Shown: positions 53,850-64,000 of the stretch, in pieces
How positions within the stretch are numbered: position 1 is the stretch's first letter
Layout: each line of letters opens with the position of its first letter
Source: Tubulanus polymorphus
Lineage: Eukaryota > Animalia > Nemertea
DNA: 64,000 bases
Direction: 5' to 3'
Assembly: GCF_964204645.1 (NCBI RefSeq)
Contig: NC_134025.1
Span: 25,772,299-25,836,298 of the forward strand
The notes under the pieces: model-generated
Database searches by the model: none
Told to the model about the DNA's origin: nothing
The model's input: the letters and a program-made list of their open reading frames with translations, nothing else
Position numbers and translations under genes: made by a program

Positions 53850-55211
53850 CGAGTTTCATTCTGATATTCACCGAGATTGTTGCGCGATCTTCGAACGGTT
53901 AAGGCTGGAAAAATAGAAGAGTATGAAAAATCAAATTTCCAGGCTGGCTCTGATCTAGGTTCTCGAGAGTTTATTTATGAGTTAAACCTTTTCGAGAAAC
54001 TTGGGCCTGATTCAGCATGTTTCTACAACGCATGATATGAATGAAAGTCTGAAGTATTTCTCACACTTCCATAGAATGAGAGACTTTCATTAGTTATCAT
54101 TAACAACATAGCAGGCGCCCAAAGGCACAACATTCCCCATTTACCTGATCTAATCAAACTGTGATCTAAATTAAGAATTTAACGCAAACAGAGCTCAATT
54201 CAAATTGCAATGAAAGGATTACAATTAGCGATTACTATCAAATAAAGAAAATGTCACGAAGATTACCTAAAATGCCTAAATTTAGCATCTCACAACTAAA
54301 GATTGTCAATAGCTATCAATTGCACTGGATACTTCTCCGAAATTTTAGGATAACTCATTCCACTCAGTGCCATAGTTTTTTTAAAAAGTTTTTCCTTATG
54401 GGAAAAAGTCAGAGAAAATGTTGACCAAGAAACTCTGCCATCAGCAGGATTCAATTCCACCAACCAAATCATGGAAATGGCTTATACCACCAGCTAACCA
54501 ATGTATCCGAACTTCAGAATAACCTGGGAACAGTAATGACACACACGTCATTTGATAAATCGCTTCAACCGCTATACTGTACTACAGTTGATAGAAATAA
54601 CAACTAACCTGAAATCTACTTGAATGGTTATCTAAAACAATTTTTTTTCAATAGGAAAATATTATTTTCCGAATAATAACCCTGATGAATAATATTCAAA
54701 AAGTACCGGTATATCATGATATTCATATCCCATTCATGAAAATGAATACAAATTTTTTCATTCGAAAAACAGGTTTTTTGTCCTACCTGTCCGTGGAGAA
54801 AATACATGTCATGTTCAATGTGAATAGTAAGAAGACGACTTCTAACGCAAATACGTACATCAAAATGTTATCTAAGGTGTAAATATCTATTCATGCGAAA
54901 TCAAATAATTACAATTTACCAAATCTAGTTCTGTTCCGGGTAAATCCGGTACCGGGTATCAACAAATAAAAGACAACTCGAAAATAATTTACACGGATGA
55001 AATGACAGGCATGCCGAATTGAAAGAATGCCACAAAAGTATGCGTAGCTCGAAGGTATTTTCCGCTTAAAGGACATTTATGTATTTTCATTCAATGACCA
55101 AATCTAATCCTCTACATGGTGTAGGCCTCGACACATTCTGCACTAAACATTCACAGAGTACAGTGAATAATTTCAGACTTAGCCCCGCGTACTGAAACCA
55201 TGGACTCAATA

Positions 55212-55874
55212 GCCGCGTTCACACTATCACTTAGTTTGACCATGGACTCAGAGTCCATGGTTAGACTGAAATGGAATGGTTCTAAAATGGAACGGACCAA
55301 ATTTTAACGGGCCAAATCAGAATGCGCGTTCACATACGTGTAGGTGAATTGGCTACAGTTATGACTGGCCCCGCGAGATTTTGCGAAGAGTCGCTGTTTT
55401 TTTATTTCAAAAACTTTGATGACTGCATTTCATCATATATCTGGACACATCAATCTATGGTTAATTCTAGTACATTTTCAAAATGATTATATAAATAACG
55501 AATACCCCAGTATTCCGCGAGCAATGCACGCAATTGACAGATTTTAAGATAAATAATAATCCATTAGCATTACATTAATTCTTAGGCAATATAGAAATCA
55601 TATGTCCCATGATATCTGAAAACTATATTAATCAGCTTGATGACGAGTTAAATACAATTGAGTTCATACTACCATTTAGAATGGACCTGGATCAAGTTTT
55701 AGTCCGTTCCAAAATTTGGAACGGACCTGGATTGGTCTTTAGAGTCAGTCCAAATAGGAACGGCCTAAAATGGAACAGACCAATTTGGAACAGACATTTT
55801 GCTAGTAAGTCTGAACGCTTGGTCCATTTTGAATGGGTCAAATTTAGACCATTCTAATGTAGTGTGTCCGCGCC
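55212..55874. mobile_element. ~660-bp non-autonomous TIR element (PIF/Harbinger-like termini) upstream of the SHANK ATG, probably in a 5' intron
   Basis: GCCGCGTTCACACTA ... TAGTGTGTCCGCGCC imperfect TIR, TA on both flanks; internal repeated GGAACGGACC motifs and palindromes (ACCATGGACTC-A-GAGTCCATGGT; GTCCGTTCCAAAATTTGGAACGGAC). Confidence 0.6.
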
Positions 55875-58800
55875 TAAAAAGGAAACCTGTAAACATCTCT
55901 GCGCACGCTCTCGAAAAAAATCATTATCAACCTTATCAATTCAAAGCAACCAATTGTACTAGAAGCCCCATCACATACCAATTAAGAATCTTCGGCTAAA
56001 AGCATTTTCGATTTTATTTCACGGTTCAATAAACAAATGCAAGCCGGTGGTCAAATCAACAAGTGTTTGACGTTCAAATTGACAAGTGTTTGACGTTCGT
56101 TATTGTTTTTAGTGCGAAGATGGATAATATGTCGTCATGGTAATTAATAAACACAGCCGCCTAATTCACCGCAGCATAAACAAGGTGTATTTTTATGGAC
56201 TATGACTCCACATGCCGTAGGTGCAAAAATAGCTTTTCAATTCATATCCATTACGCGTGTGCTCTCCTCGTACATTCTCTTCGCTTTCCTCGTACACGTG
56301 AACTGATGTTTGAAACTGGATAATCAATTTTTTACGAGCGTCACCCAGTACCTAGTACCCACAGAGCATGATGTCAATAAATCTAAATATCTAGAGCGTC
56401 AAGAGTTCAAACTCAAATTCATATATAAACGGTATTCAAATGACCTTTCAGTTATAAAACGGCATAAAATGAATATACTCAATGCATAGCTTTAATGTAT
56501 TATTTCATACTCGCGAAATATATGAAACATGTTTTCGTTAAAAGGTAATTTTGAAAATTACCTATGGAAACCATATGGGTATGTTTCATCGATGTAACAG
56601 CCTTGCTTGATTTAGCCGGCGAGCCAGTTCGCACACCTCTAATTTAACTAACCCATCCCCTAACCCTGATCCCATCAATTCCGCTTTCCGCATTCCGTTC
56701 TTTCCGCTCCGCAATTCTGGTTTCCATGCGAGTCGCGTGATACCGATAAGGCAATTGTCACGAAGCAATTACAAAATAAACCCGACAGAAACTAATGAAG
56801 ATATGACAATACTCACAGATCAGATTGCCGTATTGGTATACCCGCGGTTTGTATAAACACTAGGATTAATAATTCATTCAACGACTATACAGTTGTTGAA
56901 ATATTCACTTAGCCTAGTTTGATAACGGTTGAATTGCGGGGAGAATCGATATCAGTAATTTACCTGTAACCCACTGATCCGAATGATTCTGTCTGTGATT
57001 GATTCTGTACGGTATTCGACCTGCCATCTAGCTGCACAACTGATCAACAGCGACACTTTAGTCGCGAAAAAATGTTCAACCGAACTATAAAGACACCTTT
57101 TCAAAAACGTAAACTACGAACGAAATGACAGATCGCTAGACAAAAGTCAGCGCGACATATCACTTGACCTAAGGACCCCGTATTCACCCGACGCGAAGAC
57201 TTTTCTGCGCGAGCACGTGGCTGATTAATCACATTAAAAAAAAACGCTAAGCCGTGAAAGTTCAGGAGGATCCTCTTGTTTAACAAATTCCAACCACTCA
57301 ACCTGAATTTTTTCCCGATGACTAGAAGAGAGAATAGGTTTTGAGCTTTGTAAACTGTCAGTGGTTTCTGCTATGAAGTAGAAGTCTTCTACATCATATC
57401 ATGTATAGCCTAGATGGTTATTATATGGGGTATTCAGAATGAGCAATATACGAAAATGTCAAGGTATCGATATCTTTTAATAATTTTCTTTCCTAAAACC
57501 CGACACTGTCACTCATACACTGGTTTCACTATTAAAGTATGTCAGTTGACATGAACAACATGGAATAGTACAGTAATTAATTGATATATAGAATTGCAGC
57601 TGTTTTGGCAGCGATCAGAAATACAACATCTAAACTCTGCTTACCCATTTCATTACGGTAACTTGAAATTACTTATATCTAATGCAATGACAAGCTATAT
57701 AATAACTTCTATGACTCTATCAATACTGAGTGTGAAATGTTTAAACTGAAATATTATAATAGGCCAACATATATGTGCGAAAATTATATAACTTATTCAG
57801 GCAGGCCATTACTAGAATAAACAATAAACATCTGAATTGAATGTCAAGTCAAGAAACTGAGAGATTAATCTGTATAATTGGGTGAATGCTCGAACGGCAT
57901 TTAATCAAAACTGAAAAGCGGTCAAAATGTCAATATTGAATATTGATTTTATCTAATGCCTCGGGAGGCAACAGCTGTTTATTTTTACATATCTATATAT
58001 TGAGCATGTTCACATTCTACTAAACTGTAAACTGGTTGTGGTTTCGCATTTCAATTATAAAACCTATTTCTCAAATCTAAAATGTTTCGATATAAGCTTA
58101 GTCATTTTCCGTAATAGTAATATCCGTAGTAATACCAGCGGCATTGTTCTCCCTAAAGTAGTAATCTAGTTCTTCCCATAAACTACTTAATCTTGCACCC
58201 GATCCCTGTTTCTTCATAAACAAGAATAATTTCCGGATTCTTAGTCATGGAAAAAATATTCAATAGGTTCATGATATCAACAGATCAAGTGGTTAACTCG
58301 GTAATGATGAAGAAATAAGACCTATAATACTAGATAATCAATACAAAGCTATATACATGAATGATAACAATAGACCTAGGCCTATAGAGGCAGTCTAGAC
58401 TACACCTTGTTACAGTACTGTGCAACAGATACAGGTTTCCAGACACTGATTATACTCCATAATTCAATTTTCAAACCAAATACGGAATCCAGTTTTATTT
58501 ACGTAGCTAAGACTTAAAACATGTTTCCAAAACCAATGATACATTAGCCTATATTCTATTCAACGAGGTATAGCCTATAATTCAAATTGATCTTGGTAAT
58601 CATTAGATTCGAGTACCATCAAAATATCTATGGAAAAACTTGATAATGCCCTTAGGTCTAAATTCTTAACAATAACAATCTTTTTTTCCACTGCTAACTC
58701 ACTATTGTCACACCCAAATAGAAAAAATTGATACATAACAACATCAGCAATATTAAAATTATACCGATTACAAGGAAATGTTTTGTCTATGTTTTTCGCC

Positions 58801-61032
58801 TAATGATTTCTGATCAATATTCACTAAATCAAATGTGACAGATGGAAATGTTTTTTCTAATACGTTTGTCCTAGACACAAACAGTTGAATAAGATTCAGA
58901 AAGAATGTCTATTGTGCTCAAGGTAAAGAAGAAATGCAAGTCTAGACCAGACTGCCATGAAAGTAGCCTCAGAATTCTCGGGAAGAAATTTGGTGAAATA
59001 GGCCTATGTTACATCGAAAAGGCCTAAACGATGTGTAGTAAATTCCGAGAAGTTGAAAAATATTTTTAGCTGAAATGTTGAAACAGCCAGACTCATCAAT
59101 TTTCCCAGCTAAAACAGATATTTTAGTGTACTGTACATAGAACTTGCATTCCATAGTAAACAATTACTTCAACCCGGAGAAACAAAAACAAATAGTAAAT
59201 TCATAGAATGTGCATTGACTGCCTCCCAGCAATAAATACCAAAGATAATAGGCTACAGTATATATTGAGGAAAATATAATTTGATATCAAATTGACTAAG
59301 GTCTTGGCTTTTCAGAAATTCGAACTAATCAATGATTTAGCACGACAAATAACCTTTGAGTGTACCTACATGAACCGAAGTGGTGGTAAGTCTATTAATA
59401 GTTCAGGGTTATATTCAAGGGTGTGTCTAGCTCGTAAGAAGAGCTTATAGCCACGTGCTTATCAGTTCTTACCAGTTCTACATAGTGTAACCAATATCTA
59501 TCAAAATTAAATTTGAATAAAAATTGATACAGGCAATAAAATTGTCCCATCTCTCTATAGGCTTAGTCAGAGGTGGTAAAGTTGGTTTGGTAAACTTGAA
59601 TTTTTGTTGATAAGTAGTAAGATTGCAATAGGCTAATTGTAAAACTGTTACAATTCAAAAAATTGTTAGATATCCTTCAGCAATGACATGACTAGACCTA
59701 TAGCTTACTGTAGGGCTATGAGGCCCTATAGCATAAGTCTGCGGCAAAATTTTTGTCTGATTTCTCTACCACTAAAACAACCAGTACTTATCAATCTTAG
59801 CCCGTCCATGCATTATTATTTGATATCAATATCGCAGCCAGGGACCCAGAGTGATCCAAATATAAGGTTTTAGAGATAACTGGCCTAATGACAAAACAAA
59901 CTGAAATCACTTAAGATTAATAAGAGAATTTATATTTGCTATGCCTTATTCATTTTCTTTTCTCATTGTGAGCCATCTAGCCCAAAATGATATCCCAGAA
60001 TCCGTTAAGAACCAATAAAAATATATTAATAACATTTGTGTAAAATCAACGCTAAAATAAAAAACCAAAATACTTAGTATAAATGATATCACCTGGCCTG
60101 GGCATTGCTTTGAATACCGATATGAATAACAATGACAAAATCAAGTAGTGATTACAAAATTTGAACAATTGATGACGACGACGCGCGGAGGATCGAGTAA
60201 CTGCTGCCGATTTGAAATTCTATAATAACACGCTTACACAGCACCATAAGACAGGGACAGATCACATCCCCCTCTCTACCAACAAACCAACCACAAATCG
60301 TAGCCTGCTTACCCACATCATGTGTAGCATCCAAAATCATTGATATATGAGTATCCAATAGCTAATTTATCCCTTGAACACGAGTGTCAACCATAAACTG
60401 ACTCACATTTGACAGCTATCAAATGAACGACCGCTTTGAAAGAAGAGATTTACTGAACCTATTTCGGTAATTAGTTTACCTAATGCGGAAGTGAAAACGG
60501 TCGCTTACTTTACGGTGGTAGAACTTTTCTCAAAATAAAATATATTTGGTAAATCGTTGAATATTTTTTTACAATTAAATGTCACATTTTAACGACGGTC
60601 ATAATTTATAAGCACCATACGTGCCATTCTGTTTAAACTATTTTAGGCCTTAGTTGTTTCTATTTTATATTTTACAATCGATATCATGCCTTGACGAGCG
60701 TTGTTTGATCATCCTAATTACCGAAATACACCGCTTGATACTACATTATTCTCACGAAGGATTCGGGTAAAGATCGGATTAGAATTAACGCCACTTTTTC
60801 GGATGTTATTGGAGTGTGGTGTAAATATAATCACTACCTTGAAAAATTCAATGCCAAACACTAAGCATTGTGGGTCCTATGATTCTTAAGCCACTCACAC
60901 ATTCGGGTCATTAAGTATATACTACCATTTTCAAGTGCATTTAGGATAATATTCGTGAAATGGAGAGAAAATTATATAAAAATCCATTCCACATTAATAT
61001 TTCTAAATAAAATTGATTATCTTTTTTAGATC

Positions 61033-62894
61033 ATGGAAGAATTTTGGAACAGAAATACTATTCCAGCACCAGCAACTATATCATTACTGTACAACTTGAA
61101 GAAAAAAGATGAACTTCGAAAAAGTGAGTGGTCTCAATTTTTATTTGTCGATGAAACTTTGTTTTTATATGGGTGTATTATGAGCTTTTCAATTAGTTTA
61201 TTTTGTGAATTAATCTTTATTATGAGTATAATATTATTAGTAAATCATATATGAATTACTGTTATTACATATTTTTGCAGGTTATGATGTAATCCTGGAT
61301 GTTATCGAAAAAAGCATTGAAATTTTGTCTGAAGATTCTTGTTTGGCATCTGAAATGTATATATTGGGGCGAATATTGTACAGACTCCAAAATCAGATGA
61401 AAAGGGAAAAAAACTTTCAAGCTCTTAAACAGGTACTGAAATAATTGAATATTTCTTAAGAATTCAAAAAATAAGATATACACCTGTGATAAAAATACTT
61501 TTCACTGTTTATTTAATAAACCTTCATGCAAATCTATTAGTCATGAGCAGTCAAGAAAAATTTGTTTTGTCCTAATTTCAGATTCAGAAATGTATTAACA
61601 ATTTCAATGGACTGAAACTGAAGGGAATCTTTCAAAATTTCAAAGAATGCATTTACAGGTAAGTTAGAAAAATAACACAGTTGATTTGGTCAATAAAGCT
61701 TAATTTTTAAAGATCACTGCCAAATGATTATTTAATAACTATTGAACTCATTTCTAGTGGAAGTAATGCAAATGAAGTGCATTTACCATCAAAACACATG
61801 TTTCAATACTTACTGACACGAATGATGGGGGCAGTAAGGGTGCTGATTCAAGCATCTTCTCAATGCGAAAGATGTTATATGTATCCTTACAAAAAAAAAT
61901 TCATTCAAATTTTCAGAAAATATTTGTAGCAATTCCCTTAACGTATTGTTAGACATTCACTACAGAGATTGCATCCCGGTCACTTCATCTTGAAGAATTT
62001 AATGTTTTGTGGTTTAACAGCAAGAATATGGTAATAAACCATAATGACTTCAGTTGTTTGACTTTTTCAGTTATTCATTTCAAGCTTTCCATTGATGACT
62101 TTCAATTTGTAGGGTTTTGACTCGAGCATTGGCACTTCAATTATCTAATTTGTATAAGCAGCTTCATGATCAACTTATCAATATCCATAATCAACCAACG
62201 CAATGGGTAAGTTACTTTACAAAAATATGTGTCATCCATGCCACTACTGGTTTTCCTAACTAATGATTTTGTTTTGAAAGCTTCCCACTGGTGTAGACAT
62301 TCCAAAAACTCTTGACAAATGGGTGGAGAAAATTTGTGATCCTTCAAAACTACCAAGTTCTACCAGGTAATTTATCATCTTTCCACAGTGAAATCTCATT
62401 GCAGCAAACTTTTAGGGCCATAGAATGTGTTTGAACATATTTTTTCATTGTCTCTGATTTTTAGGACTAATGTTGAAAATATGGATATTGATGATATCAT
62501 TGACCGTATGGAGAAGAAATTTGGTGAAGATTCCAAAAAGGAGGAAACACCATTAAACGAAGCAACACAGAAGAACAGCAAATTGAACTTGCATCTTTTA
62601 CCAGAAAATACAGATCTTGGAGGTATGAATTGTATTTTTTTCTATTTAAATCTAATCCTCTAGCAATTTGATCTGGTTTGTTCGCTGTAACAATGTATCC
62701 TTTCTTCTGTTTTTGTAGTTGCTATTTCACGGAAGATGGCCGAGAGGGGTGCTGTTAAAGTGAAAGGCAACAAACGCAAGAAAGATATGCAAATTCATAT
62801 GACGCATGTGAAGCCGGCTAAAGTTACTAAATCATCGAAAACTGATGTGACCAACAAGTCAAAGAAAAAGACTCAGAAAACTGTAAAGCGATGA
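61033..62894 (+). CDS. NEPRO: Nucleolus and neural progenitor protein-like (NEPRO/C3orf17, DUF4477; Rmp1-related)
   Basis: MEEFWNR start; LPSKHMFQYLLTRMMGAVRVL; GHFILKNLMFCGLTARIWVL; DLGVAISR; Lys-rich tail; U12 intron at a position consistent with this family as recalled. Confidence 0.75.
61881..61952 (+). other. U12-type GT-AG intron in the NEPRO-like gene
   Basis: Donor GTATCCTTA; branch point TTCCCTTAAC 10 nt from the intron end; splicing keeps the frame CERCYI/HSLQRL. Confidence 0.85.
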
Positions 62895-63171
62895 TGAACA
62901 AAATCTACTCAGTGCCATACATCAGTGCCTTTCCATTCTGACATAGTTGAAACATGTTTTTGAGCTGACCTCAAAAAATTCTGCAGGAAAAAATGAATTC
63001 AAGAAAAATGAAATATTGTTATTTTTATTGAAATAAAAGTCGATTATAATTTTCATCCATTGTTTTTGAAAACATGTTGCTATCACAGTTTGTTATTGGT
63101 TTGCAACCTGCTGCTTCCACACTTCCATTCACAGGTGAATTGAGCTACTGCCACTGATTCTATATTCAATT

Positions 63172-63871
63172 TCACTTGTCTTTAGTTTGTCTTGGTTGCA
63201 GATCTCTTTTTGTCATGATTTTGATTATTTCTTGTGGCGAGGTTGATGTACCAGTAGAGCCATATTCCTGAAATTAGGACAACACGTCAATTGTTTATTC
63301 CATTTGATTAATCAGACAAGTTTTGTGATTAAGTTGATGTCCTGCCCAAATAACATGGTTTCGCAGGGATTCAAACCCCCAATGAACCTTTTGATTGTGA
63401 GTCGAACACTATCAAGCCAGAGAGACGGGACAAATCTTGAAAGTCAATGAATAATAATCCCTCATTTGTGCTTAATACCCGCCGTGTAAATGGCTCGTCT
63501 GTCGTCGTCCTGTGCTGTAGACTCTGCTACTACTTAGTTGTTAGTACAAACTAGTGCAGTAGTAACTAGTGCTGGCACAGGGACTTGACACAAAAGGATT
63601 TTGACCCCAGTATCCTAGGTACTATATACAAAAAGACTTTTTATATATAGTACCTAGGATACTGGGGTCAAATCCTTTTGTGTCAAGTACCTGTGTCGTG
63701 ACTCGTGAGTGCTGGTGTATGGCAGTTAGTATTGTGGACTGCTGACTGATATGGGTTTTACCTCACCTTCTTAATTTTATCTTCACTCGGTGGTATCGTT
63801 TTCCACATGAAGACCCCCAATCCAGCTAATCCAATAGAATATAGGATTGCTTTAGCCAGCCTTTCAGACAT
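63172..63871 (-). CDS. 66-aa single-pass membrane microprotein, possibly UQCC3/Cbp4-like; exons 63767-63871 and 63172-63267
   Basis: MSERLAKAILYSIGLAGLGVFMWKTIPPSEDKIKK|EYGSTGTSTSPQEIIKIMTKRDLQPRQTKDK*; AAG|GTGAGG donor and TTTCAG acceptor, both phase 0; minus-strand AATAAA near 63024. Confidence 0.6.
63345..63420 (-). repeat. Degenerate tRNA-derived (SINE head-like) fragment in an intron
   Basis: Minus strand TAGTGTTCGACTCACAATC...GGGGTTTGAATCCC with a B-box-like motif; no intact cloverleaf. Confidence 0.35.
63576..63695. repeat. 120-bp near-perfect palindrome (hairpin MITE) in an intron
   Basis: CACAGGGACTTGACACAAAAGGATTTTGACCCCAGTATCCTAGGTACTATATA / TATATAGTACCTAGGATACTGGGGTCAAATCCTTTTGTGTCAAGTACCTGTG: ~52-bp arms with 1 mismatch and 1 indel. 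Confidence 0.85.
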
Positions 63872-64000
63872 TTCTGTGTTATTATACAATAAGAATTGTA
63901 CAATCTTTCTTACAAGGCAACGACCTTGGGACAATCGACTTCGAGTGTCACTTCATTTTAGGAGTCACCCTTTACTTGATCGTGATCTCCCCTTCATCCG

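Noticed and set aside
57300-60450. Short ORFs between SHANK and NEPRO
   Set aside because: No recognisable protein motifs or consistent exon chain; composition looks like AT-rich intergenic DNA.
63345-63420. Functional tRNA gene
   Set aside because: B-box-like motif present, but acceptor and D stems do not pair; treated as a SINE-like relic.

Overview
AT-rich, gene-dense metazoan genomic DNA with many short (~70-90 nt) introns, probably from a spiralian/lophotrochozoan invertebrate (inferred from the Drosophila-type cryptochrome and overall gene content). Gene order: CHMP2A(+), TFIP11(-), a 5.1-kb foldback-type element, EED(-), EMC1(+), DLST(+), TADA2B(+), type-1 CRY(-), VTA1(+), SHANK(-), NEPRO-like(+), and a 66-aa single-TM microprotein (-). 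The most striking non-genic structure is 7414-12531: a TTAA-flanked element with terminal inverted repeats and no recognisable transposase. Its two arms are oppositely oriented arrays of a 30-bp unit (20 bp constant + 10 bp from a small variant set), and the constant part is the same motif found in the termini. Other points of note: a cryptic in-frame alternative first exon inside the SHANK PDZ-coding region encoding an MGxxxS myristoylation signal; Ser in place of the flavin-N5-proximal Cys in the cryptochrome; two U12-type introns (EED, NEPRO); a uORF chain before TADA2B; a 162-bp EED/EMC1 head-to-head gap; and several MITEs. Gene identities come from recognising translated motifs by eye, exon boundaries were read manually, and no database searches were run.
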